DNA of 63,028 nt from a virus (Duplodnaviria; Caudoviricetes): IMG/VR virus record IMGVR_UViG_3300048625_000378, positions 1 through 63,028 of that record; one strand, given 5' to 3'. Shown here piece by piece: positions 19,601-28,000 of the stretch (positions are counted from its first letter, which is position 1; each line of letters starts with the position of its first letter). Under the pieces are notes generated by a model that worked only from the letters and a program-made list of their open reading frames with translations, did not search any database and was not told the DNA's origin. A program made the translations under genes and the position numbers.

Positions 19601-21266
19601 TTTCAGTAGTTGAGTATTTTTTCTCTCCGCGTTGAACTTCTCCGCGCATATCTTCAAATTTAGAACCCAGTGCGGTTGCTCCAATACCGGCAACTCCAGC
19701 GGTTCCGGTTGAAATTAATGCTAAAATCGGTATTTGTTTGGCGCCAACATCATTCATTAACCAATCGCCAAAGTCAGAAAGACTATTAATGTTTTCTACA
19801 GAAATTGGCTTCTCTATTTCAGAAGCAATTTTTTCAGACAACATCTTCGTATCTTTAGAAGCATCCTCAAATAAACCTCCCGACTTTAATCCAGTAGCTT
19901 TACTAATTGTCTTGGCTCCATAATCTAATGCTCCAAACGCACCGCTAATCAAATCGGTACTTGCTACCGCTATATTTCCTGTAAGATTACCCCATAGGCT
20001 ATAGTTTCTTTTAAAAATATCAAGATTGTCCGTTACATTTCCAATGTTGGTTCGGTTGTTTACGTATTCATTTATAGTTTGCAACCCTTCCGATTCAACT
20101 TGTTTTAACTGCGTTACTTTATCGTTGAACAATTGCTTTAATTCATCAGTAACACCTGTTTTTTTAGCTTGCTCTTGAAGATTCTCTATTTCTGTTTGTA
20201 GTCTATTATGGGTTACCTCTTGTACAGCTTGTTTATTTAAAATATTTTTTTCTTTTTCATCAATAGAGGCTAATTTTCCTTTTTCAAAATCAGCAAATTT
20301 ACTTTGCAAAACTCCGCCATCAATGTCATCTTGTTCTTGTAGGTAATCTTTTTGTCTTGAGGCTAGATAAGAATCTGTTTTTTCTTTAATAAAGAAATCC
20401 TTTGCTTTTTCTAAACGTTCTTCTTGAGTTACTTTAGGAACGGATTTGTTATTCTTAATAGCATCTTTTTTCAATTGCAGGAAATATTCGTCTGCTTGCT
20501 TTAAGTTCTTTTCAAGCGGTTTTTTTGTCTCCATTAACGGAATTGTAGGCACATCTCCACCCAAAGAATTAATTAGTTTCATTGGGGTATTGGCAAAATC
20601 AACTACATTATTTACGGCTTTTTTTGCCCCTTCTCTCAATACATCAGTCCATTCGCTATTATCAATCTCGCTATTTAATTCTTCTTTTGCTCTTAAAACA
20701 TCATCGTCTGTAACGGTAGATGTTTTGCTCATAAAGTCTTGATATTTACTCAAAAAGTTAGGGTCTTTTTGTAAATCTTCTTGCCTTTTAATAGCAATAG
20801 CGTTTGGAGTTTGTTTTTTTTGCAACGCTGAAAGTTCATTAGTAGCAGCGTTAATTTCGTCTACATTTTCCGGAGTAACTTTTGTATTTAAAAGTTTATT
20901 TTTTAGCTGTAATGTCTTGACGGGTTTCTTTTCTGTATATTTTGTTTGGCTTGATGGGATGTTTAAATTATAGCCCTTTTTAAGGGTAGCCATTCCATTA
21001 CTTTCGTCTGTACCCAAAGAACCATTTTTTGGCGCCAAATCCCCATTTTCTTTTTGAGAAGTAGAAACGGAATCTTCTTTTTTTTTTACTGAAGAAACTT
21101 TAGATTCAAATTCTTCAAAAGAACCTAAGTCAAATTTGTTTGAAACCGAAGAATATAATTTTTGTCTTGATTCGGGACTATTCATTTTAGAATTAAATTC
21201 TTCAAAAGAACCTAAGTCAAATTCATTCGAAAGTGCTTTGTATAGTTTTTGTCTTGGATCCGGCAT
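13695..21266 (-). CDS. Giant internal virion (ejection) polyvalent protein with a Kinase-PolyVal-like domain and C-terminal LPD38-like domain
   Basis: 2523 aa, last gene of the virion operon; GGNE..LYK..HNAIFPET..DLRPRNV..YVID at ~18055-18560; DFNQGG..FVPYLNAATQG near 14980. Confidence 0.8.
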   Translation of the reverse strand: MPDPRQKLYKALSNEFDLGSFEEFNSKMNSPESRQKLYSSVSNKFDLGSFEEFESKVSSVKKKEDSVSTSQKENGDLAPKNGSLGTDESNGMATLKKGYNLNIPSSQTKYTEKKPVKTLQLKNKLLNTKVTPENVDEINAATNELSALQKKQTPNAIAIKRQEDLQKDPNFLSKYQDFMSKTSTVTDDDVLRAKEELNSEIDNSEWTDVLREGAKKAVNNVVDFANTPMKLINSLGGDVPTIPLMETKKPLEKNLKQADEYFLQLKKDAIKNNKSVPKVTQEERLEKAKDFFIKEKTDSYLASRQKDYLQEQDDIDGGVLQSKFADFEKGKLASIDEKEKNILNKQAVQEVTHNRLQTEIENLQEQAKKTGVTDELKQLFNDKVTQLKQVESEGLQTINEYVNNRTNIGNVTDNLDIFKRNYSLWGNLTGNIAVASTDLISGAFGALDYGAKTISKATGLKSGGLFEDASKDTKMLSEKIASEIEKPISVENINSLSDFGDWLMNDVGAKQIPILALISTGTAGVAGIGATALGSKFEDMRGEVQRGEKKYSTTEMLLHPLGYGLAETASAAVDLMVLKNAGRVISSATNLEKREIAKGMWSRAKNYLGTSIEGGISETLDETGTQGIENVIDGKPFTEGMTDAGAAGGAMGFIIPFIAANYKQTIRPFTIDNKIQEASAKSLKLQAQLDNPKLDSDTKLIIQDGLNKVKTEVESLIKKSVKNISILSNNQFKEIISIEKKQAEIKAKAEKIKFDDNLEDDLKNEIISNLKTEFDDTEQRRIDLLQRGASAEIGRLAPEEQIRLKDLAQRKLVKELNPDGTKKITLNDEQISKEAFAIYKEENVVNEKNNPNFVSDEQQTKISNSGTPKELGSGNEIYSREQEALNRLGERTRENEEKLQRPLTRFEIEDLQKEEALKFAKEKDLWVKDFYSLGTPTNIGGNENTIVYNQEEQTLYKSNNLSNHQNTLSSFFEGLEGHNAIFPETQYELVGFTGIDKGEGKIPYIEPILKQDFVLNVEQATQEDIDNHMVSIGFEKVNDHTFKNEQYTVSDLRPRNVLKDADGTIYVIDDIVKKNKPDEAAQSQNTPTDGNVQPGTTIMDESGDSKQKNTKESNVQSSIESRSVQTKTITSSKVKNPKTGESTTFDVDIENGIVIGIRNSKTGKPIVEFVEATYKSKDKKTGKIVTKTKLRKNGNWASIESEALGLETENELTKRNKEILTNFTPSNEYEAALHALATGSKVSVDSLASEAGNTDSKWATNQSAKETLPSVEKLSEQIWQGSEIELDQQEIRNQLIDIINSFGSVKEVQQAIINIGSENTIKLQEEEARAFLGSLTDKEFAQYEAIKAEEDYLSELTDEEADNYYNQKRNEYEQGEQATSSRETNERGETFVDINEEKQGEAGATKESEQRRQERVVDKKALDETIDWLTKLDQDLKSFGDETLGMNLPIVVARGAVKAMKIAAQTARTAQEIIEAGLDYVKQSDWYKNLSNKEQQDLDTNFKDYINKPFQGEEAKKSRFKIEEDIQARLNKGESEIDVLNSISDRREKMIAQDYIERQKNRSVPEVRKKIADSFQKADKALEDKKTTAEKIDKGFRNFISNFFDRQFVPKFILNKSGGRLVRNYLIASKGATGYAKQMYDSAHAKIYKGLTSAEIKTLDKIIQLRRFIAIDTNRAKNNMPDVVHPDFINKQDAEIELTELEKELGLDKFKDLTKRADNYFGEFKGLLSEMEKSGLISKESLDMFFEIDYQPRMFLEFLTKNETDFVPETSSNASLSADQIKKLEEGLNSSLIYDSQYLLSRSMNIRAKSIAMNNTNKKLVEFMEKQAEVVKKLKEKNDQTKQEKNTIKYFEELSKRVKINPIIGFTDTGNPKYKYDLPKGFKNANYYINGVKHSIMVEEVFHEQYFDSTKGFLNGNAKEIVAMASGTAVVKALATGNNPTFFITNTPRDLLFIATFSEEYGMSVPVNIAKVIKDAYFGIRDISKVSDNFKNFISYGGMMDFLTDQGKLKHTGVQKLLDKIDNKKREGISSVLNAITLNKVQMYSEIGFRMAVFNRSVKNQLKELGFDKIEDVADKSQVDDIYTNAVASARGLMDFNQGGKITKDADAFVPYLNAATQGTRVMFDNFRERPFETTFRVAQTAGVLSGATIGISISMFAAFNDDDEMTPTEKYLYAKKGVSRYDQTNYFIIFTGKKTEKGEFEYIRIAKPQQITPFFSMTDGIITSFIKKKIGDESSTDAIDNVMFALEKNISPVDFSITGNLARNPLLKSALTYSTGYDFYREQDLSALRGKVPVAAEGFESKQVEDFYKKIGEETGMSPARFKAGLESYITTPSTSPYVGFLYGGLDAMASDKEGKEVIGKLGKDLLKSTLNRVKKETTDFNRRLESNKDLKKKIEQAEIENLKTKSLFKKYAEAYTNKEMTISQISKELEDVAKESPFEAKRLKKMIRDKINNEGVSSYVFEIKYAKTAETKALMLVDLFGSDLKDISKLSPEEKKLVFQMKRMKAINRETLFEYNKLVSE
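18542..18700 (-). CDS. Nested out-of-frame 52-aa ORF, candidate kinase inhibitor/immunity protein
   Basis: ATG 6 nt downstream of an internal promoter; MSNKPKYLTPAHQKNSEAAMKYIAESKKRSIDWEKELERMKRNSKDPSPDLK. Confidence 0.55.
   Translation of the reverse strand: MSNKPKYLTPAHQKNSEAAMKYIAESKKRSIDWEKELERMKRNSKDPSPDLK
18707..18737 (-). promoter_or_regulatory. Internal Bacteroidota promoter inside the giant gene
   Basis: GTTG-19 bp-TAATTTTG on the minus strand. Confidence 0.6.
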
Positions 21267-21268
21267 GA

Positions 21269-22702
21269 TTAATAGTCTATTTTAACTTTAGTAGTGTTAG
21301 ATTTTTTTTGATTAGGATTCATTCGTCTTAACTCAGCTTTTAGCTCTTCTGCGCTTCCGTAGCCTAACCTGTTAGCCAAAGCCGCCTCTGTCGTGCCACT
21401 AGCTGTTCTTGTTTCGGATCTATACGATGCTGGAGTAGTAGATGTCTCTTCGGACATAAGGTCTCCTCCTGCAGATTTAGCAGATTTTTTAGTTAATACA
21501 TCTGCCGTGTAAATAATCTTGCCGTTAGTATTAATAAATAGATTTGTTACCGTAGAGTTGTCTAGTCCTGTTTTAGCACCGTTAATTGTTTCGAACTTGA
21601 TTCCTTTGCCAAGATTAAGTCCGTTTTCTAAAATACCTTTTTTGCTAATTTGCTTTCCTTTAAATGAATCATTATTGAATCCTGTATTTGAAAGCTCTAT
21701 TTTAGTAACAACTACGTCTTCTTTTTTATCTTTTTTGGCTTGTCTATTCTCACTCATTCGGCTTGTTTGGGCCCCATAGTCAAAATCTTCTTTTTTAGTA
21801 TAGTCTGTGTTTGCAACAATCCTATCTATAAAATATTTTTTTACTTTTTGTAATGAGTCTGCGCCAGGCTCAACTCCCATTTTTTTCATTTGAGATAATG
21901 CAGCTTCTGTTGGAGATCCGTCTGGGTTTTGCAGCAAATTATTAGCCACGGAAATAACTTCTGACATTTTAGCTTTTTTCTCTTGTACGCTTTTAAAATT
22001 TCTATCGGTAGTAATGTCTGTATATCCAACTTTTTCAGCAGCATCAACGGCCATTTTATCTAGATCAAATTGTTTTTGAAAGCTCCATTTCCCTATTACT
22101 CCTTGTTGCATTTGATTGTAATCAACAACGTCTAAATTATCAATCTTCCCATCATTATTTCTGTCAATAAAACCAACCGCAGGCAACCCGTTGTCAAGAG
22201 ATCCTATGTATCCCTCAAATCCATTTAATACTTTTTTTTCAAAATCTAGATTTCTAAAATACTCTCCCTTAGCAATTCCATTTTTATATTCTTCAATTTG
22301 CTTTGTGAAAACATTAGTTGCTAGCTTTAGGTTTTCAGGCAGGTTATCAATATTTTGAGCTTCAATTTCTAGTTTTATTTTTTCATCTTCGTTTAGATTT
22401 GGATTTTTAAGTTCCTTATATATTTCTCCTAATCTATTTACACCTTGTTGAATAATTTTTCCTTGAAATTCAGTTAAAGAACTACTTCCTGTATCATAGT
22501 TTTTAGGAATTTGACTAAGCATTTTTTCGCGCAACTTATCATTCCTTGCTTGTTCTTTATCTTTTCGGGCTTGATCTAAGGCATCAATTTGCCTTTGTTC
22601 TTCACGATAAGCAAAGTCCATTTTTTCAATTCCTTGAATAGTTTCTCCAATATTTGCTTTTATTGGACTTATTGTTGCGTATGCGTTACTTGCGTTTGCC
22701 AT
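21269..22702 (-). CDS. Putative internal virion protein
   Basis: Helical protein between the small and giant ejection genes. Confidence 0.6.
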   Translation of the reverse strand: MANASNAYATISPIKANIGETIQGIEKMDFAYREEQRQIDALDQARKDKEQARNDKLREKMLSQIPKNYDTGSSSLTEFQGKIIQQGVNRLGEIYKELKNPNLNEDEKIKLEIEAQNIDNLPENLKLATNVFTKQIEEYKNGIAKGEYFRNLDFEKKVLNGFEGYIGSLDNGLPAVGFIDRNNDGKIDNLDVVDYNQMQQGVIGKWSFQKQFDLDKMAVDAAEKVGYTDITTDRNFKSVQEKKAKMSEVISVANNLLQNPDGSPTEAALSQMKKMGVEPGADSLQKVKKYFIDRIVANTDYTKKEDFDYGAQTSRMSENRQAKKDKKEDVVVTKIELSNTGFNNDSFKGKQISKKGILENGLNLGKGIKFETINGAKTGLDNSTVTNLFINTNGKIIYTADVLTKKSAKSAGGDLMSEETSTTPASYRSETRTASGTTEAALANRLGYGSAEELKAELRRMNPNQKKSNTTKVKIDY

Positions 22703-22707
22703 TGGTA

Positions 22708-23343
22708 TTACATGTAAGGGTATTTAGGAGCGCTAATTACAGGATTCGGTAGCCTGTTTAATTTTAATGACTGGTCTCGCCAACTAGTATCAGGAGTAAT
22801 GGTGTCAATACCTATTCCGGAATCTGCTCTAAGTTCTTTTAAACCTCTCCCCATGTAAGCAGCAGAAGATAATGCAGAACTAAATCCATTCCACATGTCT
22901 TGTCTTCCTGCTTCAACTTGGGATGACAGTCCAGCGATGTTAGCAATATCTCTATTTTCAGTTATTCCTTCAATACGAGCGTTATCTTGGGCTATAGCGT
23001 AATCTCGTTTCATTACCTGACCATCAAGCATTTCAGCAGCTTTTTGATTAATTTGGTTTGTAGTTGCTACTATTCTAGGAATTCCTCCGATGATTGCTCT
23101 TGTTCCGCCTAATTGTGTAGCGTCAACCATATCGGCCGTAGTACGCGCATTCTCTTCTCTCAATAGATCAGAACCCATTGTGCTGATTTTAATATCTTTA
23201 TAGGCATGGTCAAGTGTTTGCCTTTCGTAATCACTTAACTCATTTTGAGCTTTTCGTTTTCTGTTGGCTCCATCAATTGCTTGATAAGCACTTAAACCTA
23301 CACCCAAACCGCCCACTATTGCTGATGTTATTGCCGCGCACAT
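22708..23343 (-). CDS. Putative small internal virion/ejection protein
   Basis: MCAAITSAIVGGLGVGLSA start, A/Q/G-rich, follows a GNAT gene as in the T7 gp13-gp14 arrangement. Confidence 0.65.
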   Translation of the reverse strand: MCAAITSAIVGGLGVGLSAYQAIDGANRKRKAQNELSDYERQTLDHAYKDIKISTMGSDLLREENARTTADMVDATQLGGTRAIIGGIPRIVATTNQINQKAAEMLDGQVMKRDYAIAQDNARIEGITENRDIANIAGLSSQVEAGRQDMWNGFSSALSSAAYMGRGLKELRADSGIGIDTITPDTSWRDQSLKLNRLPNPVISAPKYPYM

Positions 23344-23367
23344 AATAGTATTTATTTATTTTAATTA

Positions 23368-23390
23368 CAAATATAATAGAAAAAATCTAT
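23368..23390 (-). promoter_or_regulatory. Late promoter TATATTTG with adjacent ATAGA-N5-TCTAT box
   Basis: Same arrangement at 34770-34822 and 49216-49238. Confidence 0.6.
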
Positions 23391-23788
23391 AGTTTAATCA
23401 TTAACTCTTTAGTATTTTCACTTCCAATAATATAGCCACATTCCTTAAGTCTGTTTATAAGATTTTCATTTTTTACTGAGGTAAAAATTATTTTAAATCC
23501 TTTTGACTTAGCAATATAATTTAGCTCGTTAATTAAAAAACAAACAGACTCTTTGCGGTCTTTCTCTTTATATTCCGGATTGGAAACTATAAACTCCATC
23601 CAAGCCATTTTAGAATTGGTAAAGAATAAATATCCAGCGCAAATATTTACTCCATCTTTATAAACCATAATTCCACCACGGCCTTCGTCAGGCAAATATT
23701 CTTTTTTTGGTGCTGGAAAACGCCAAAACTTCCACCACTCAATAAGAGTAGGGAAGTCTTCGTCAGTTAATAGTCTTATTTTAAACAT
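23387..23788 (-). CDS. GNAT-fold acetyltransferase-like protein
   Basis: IRLLTDEDF...CAGYLF...WMEFIVSNP...AKSKGFK. Confidence 0.65.
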   Translation of the reverse strand: MFKIRLLTDEDFPTLIEWWKFWRFPAPKKEYLPDEGRGGIMVYKDGVNICAGYLFFTNSKMAWMEFIVSNPEYKEKDRKESVCFLINELNYIAKSKGFKIIFTSVKNENLINRLKECGYIIGSENTKELMIKL

Positions 23789-23795
23789 GTCGTTT

Positions 23796-24530
23796 TTATG
23801 TTATTTGTAATGATTGAACAATATTTGAAGAAATTGCGAATAACTCTCCATTTGTAGAATCTTCATTTTCAAGTGTTACTTCCATATAATATCCTCGCAT
23901 TTCCTCTCCTTCAATTCTTGAGTTTTTAAGAGAGTAGGAGTATAGTCCGGGTACCGGAACAGTAATTATTTGATTAAGAGTAACGGTGTTATTATTTCTG
24001 TCTATACTAAGTATTGCTCCAATTAACTCTTGATTACTCACGTTAATTTGATAAAGCTGATCACCAATGTTTATTAAATCAGGAATCGTTGCAAAAGAAA
24101 TAACTAATCCCGTATAGCTTAAAATTACACCAATTCCTTGCGCTGAATTACCAGACAAACTGCCCGGTGTTTGATCGCCACGAATAAAAGAAAATTGCCT
24201 ACTTTCCCTAGTGTTAAACTCCTCTTTTTTAATTTCTCCTTGAGTTAGATTTGTTTTTAAAGTCGCTTTCCATTTTTCGTTTGATTCTAAAGCTAAAGTT
24301 TTAAAAATCTTATCGTCAGCATTCGCTTCGTTGAATACGGTTTTAATACTTGTCTTATCTTGCGTTCCGTAAAAATTATTTCTAACCGGATTTTCAGTGT
24401 CATTTTGAAGCCATAATTGCCCGTTTTTAATTGTCAAAAACTTGCTATTCAAATTCAAAAAACCATCAGGGAAATACCTCCAAAACGAAGTCCATCCTTT
24501 ATTGTTTTCGCTATGTGTTATAGTATTCAT
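23796..24530 (-). CDS. Tail protein resembling the C-terminal part of a nozzle/stabilization protein
   Basis: TITHSENNKGWTSFW..P; KIFKTLALES; MRGYYMEV. Confidence 0.6.
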   Translation of the reverse strand: MNTITHSENNKGWTSFWRYFPDGFLNLNSKFLTIKNGQLWLQNDTENPVRNNFYGTQDKTSIKTVFNEANADDKIFKTLALESNEKWKATLKTNLTQGEIKKEEFNTRESRQFSFIRGDQTPGSLSGNSAQGIGVILSYTGLVISFATIPDLINIGDQLYQINVSNQELIGAILSIDRNNNTVTLNQIITVPVPGLYSYSLKNSRIEGEEMRGYYMEVTLENEDSTNGELFAISSNIVQSLQIT

Positions 24531-24535
24531 ATTAA

Positions 24536-25057
24536 TTAAATTTGAGCAACATTTAATCCTGCATTTCCGCTTCCGCCTAATCCGCTTCCCGATACACTAA
24601 TTGAATAAGAGTAAGTTCCTGGAGCTAAATCAACATAATTACCCGATAGAGTTGTTCCTGGAACTTGATTATTTCTTTCAGCGTACATTGAAACTCCATT
24701 TACTGTTGCATTTACCCATACACTAGTGGAATTATTTGTATAAATACTAGCTGTAGCTTTAATTCTATAAGTCCCTCCAACAACGGTTATAGTTCCGGAT
24801 GCATTTCCTCCTCCGCCTGGACCTCCGTTAAATGGAGAAACGCTAAATGAGGTTACGTCTGAAAACTGAATAGAAGGGCCTTGCGGAACGGTACAAGACG
24901 CAACAGATTGTAATAAACCATTAACTTGTTGTCTGTAATTTGTAGTATCAGAGTAAAATCCGTCAGGAGCTTTTGTTGTAAGTGTGTTATCAGTCCAAAT
25001 AGCTGTAGCTGTTGAAAAACTTGCGGTGTCGATATAATAATTTGAGTTTGAAGCCAT
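24536..25057 (-). CDS. Putative tail-associated beta-rich protein
   Basis: YYIDTASFSTATAIWTD..APDGFYSD; S/T/G-rich. Confidence 0.55.
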   Translation of the reverse strand: MASNSNYYIDTASFSTATAIWTDNTLTTKAPDGFYSDTTNYRQQVNGLLQSVASCTVPQGPSIQFSDVTSFSVSPFNGGPGGGGNASGTITVVGGTYRIKATASIYTNNSTSVWVNATVNGVSMYAERNNQVPGTTLSGNYVDLAPGTYSYSISVSGSGLGGSGNAGLNVAQI

Positions 25058-25065
25058 AATCGTTT

Positions 25066-28000
25066 TTATGTTAAAGGGTTAAAATCACAAGCACTTTGTT
25101 GATCTGTTTGGTCGTAATTAAGATTGACTAATTGGGAGGTATTGCAGCTACGAGTTTCGGTTAATATAGGACATGCGGTTCCTCCGCCAGATGCTGGGGT
25201 AATAACAGTACGTGTTCTAGTCTGTATTCCGTTTAAGCATTGAGACCAATCAGACCAAGCTGAAACTACGCAATCAATTACGGGCTCACAAGTCCTTGTT
25301 TCTGAAAGAACGGGGCAAGCTACTCCTCCATTTGAAGCAGGTGTTACAACTGTTCTAGTTCTAGTTTGACTTCCATTTGCACAAGTAGACCAAGAAGACC
25401 AATCCGAAACAACACAGTTAACTGGGCTGCAAGCTACGCAAGAATTAGGACCGTTAGCCGCGTCATAACAAAGTGAAATTTGAGTTGAATTAATATCTCT
25501 ATAATCCCAAATCAAGTATAATTTTTGCGTGTTCGATGATCTTGTAAATACAAAATTTCCAGAAAATGTTTTTTGATTGACGCCTTGTGAAGTTTCTGTA
25601 GGTGTTAAGAAATTAGCATTTTGAATTAATTGATTCAATGAGGTTTCTGTATAGTCAACATTTGATATTGCGTAGCCAAGGCGGTTTTGCTTTAAAGGCA
25701 AAAACGCACCCGTACTTGTAGTTTCTTTTACTGATTCTATAGTGACTAAATCATTTTGTTTTGGGAAAGAATTTTTACCTTCATACCCAAACGTTTTTTC
25801 AAATTTTGTAACCGGATAATTTGAAAATATATCTTCGTTTTGTATTGAGGTATTTGAACCTGCCTTAAACTTATTTGTAATGGTTTTGTTTAAATCACTT
25901 TCATCATTCAGCACCACATAGACAATTTCCAACGGAATCCCTACCGGGCAATTGTTTACTATTGAAAAACTTACCGCGCCTCCAACCGGAGTGATAGTAA
26001 CATTGGCAAACTTAGCATTTAGGCTACTTCTGTTTATAATCATATTGCCACTTCCGGTTAGTCCTGACATTACTGATGTAACCCCATCATGTATAACTTC
26101 AATCGTAGCATTTCCTTCAGAAATCAAATAGTTTAACGTCAATTGTCCCGTAAATGAGTTTAATTCTAAAATATAACTAAAAGGTTCTTGAAGTTTATTT
26201 TTTGCAATTTCGGCACCGCAATTATAAGTAGGTATTCCAACTATATTTTCTCCAATAGTAAAAGTTGTTAAGTCAAGAAATGGGTCATATCCAGAAATGA
26301 TTTTTCCTTTTGTTCTATTTGTAAATAAGTCTCTAAAGAAATTTCTCAAGCCGTATGTTATTTCTTCAATTCCGTCATTTGACAGTCTAACAATACTTCC
26401 GTTTCTAATGGAAGCATATTTTATTCTTCCAAAGCTATCTACTGAAAAACTATCAGGATTTGTTCCGATCCCATTATTGCCTGCATAAGGAATATATTGC
26501 CCTAATATACTGGATCCGGCAGTAATTGCGGAATTTCCGTCAGCAGTATAAATAGCTTGTTTATTGAATAATACTTTCCCAGGCTTATTTTCTTGTAGCA
26601 CTACAATGTCATTTTCTCGGCTATGTATTAATTGAATGCTTCCGTTTTGCTTATCAATGTCGTCTTTAAAGTTACCCATTGATAAATTGAAAACATTTAG
26701 CCCATTGATTGAAGAGCTCTCTACGTAGGGTTCGCTATGGGTTAGGTCTGCAAATCGTCTAATTGATCTATATTTCTCAATAGATACTGCTGATGGTCTT
26801 AGGTCTATGTTTAAATACGGCTTATTAAAACCATCTTTTACGATGTAACTTTCTACGCCATTTTTCATGCTGTAGCAGTTGAAGAAATCTAGATCAACTT
26901 CTGCCGGCATCGTGCTTGTTTGGCTTTGTAGATTGCCTTGGTGTAACCCATTAACAATATCGAAAGTCTGTTCTGTTTCAAAGTAAATATCTTGCTCGTC
27001 TGACTTTTTTTCTTCGGTTTCAAATATTAAAACCCCATTTGCCGCTCTAATAGTTACAGTTGCGTTTAAGTATGATGGATGCTGTCCGTTTCCGTTTAGT
27101 TCGTTATGTATTCTAAGATATAACGCACCGTTTGAGTTGCTTGTAAATCCTCCAAATATAGAATCTTCTCCTCTAACAACTCCATTTGTAGGGAAACTAA
27201 AATCTCCTGTATTGTTATTTACCTCGGCATTATACCACGCTTGAAAGTTGCTGTAATCTGCGCTAACATAAAAGGTTTTAACAAACTCTTTACTACCTCC
27301 ATTACTGCCGTATTTTTTATTAGTAATTTCTATATCAATTCTTGAACCTTGTTTTATGGGTATATCAACATACGCGCTCCCGACTTTATTGCTAAATTGG
27401 CCAATGTACATATCAAAATTATCTCCTCTACTTGACTTAGCTCCAATTCTAGTGACAATACCTTCTTTAATATAGTCCATTGAAATGCCCGCAGGAGTTT
27501 TAATCTTCATATAAAGCCCAGGTAATTCATTAATCACGTTTCCGTCTAAATCAACATTACCTTCAATGAACTCTTTTTCTTTGGTTTCGATATCTAAGAC
27601 TTTAACTTTAGTCAAATTCTCTACAAATCCATTAGTGTCTGACTTGAAAATAAGAGTATCTCCGACTTTAACCTTGTCTTTATTATCTCCTTCAAGTTTA
27701 ACCCAGCGGAATAGCCCGTCCACATAAAATGTAGTGGCGTAAATAGTTTGATAAGATAATTTTTTTTGCTTAACCACTATCTTATATCTATCTGCAAATT
27801 TTGGGGGTTTATGAGAAATGGCAACTTTAATTTTATTTTTAGACAGCGCTAATTTGTGCGGAATGAATAATGTATTTTTAAATTGTGTTAATACAGTTGT
27901 GGACCTATTAAACTCATCCATGTAAACAAATCCAACCTCATAGCTCCTATTGGTTTTAAGAGTAGATACATCTCCGTCTTCGTAAAATAAAATGCTAGAA

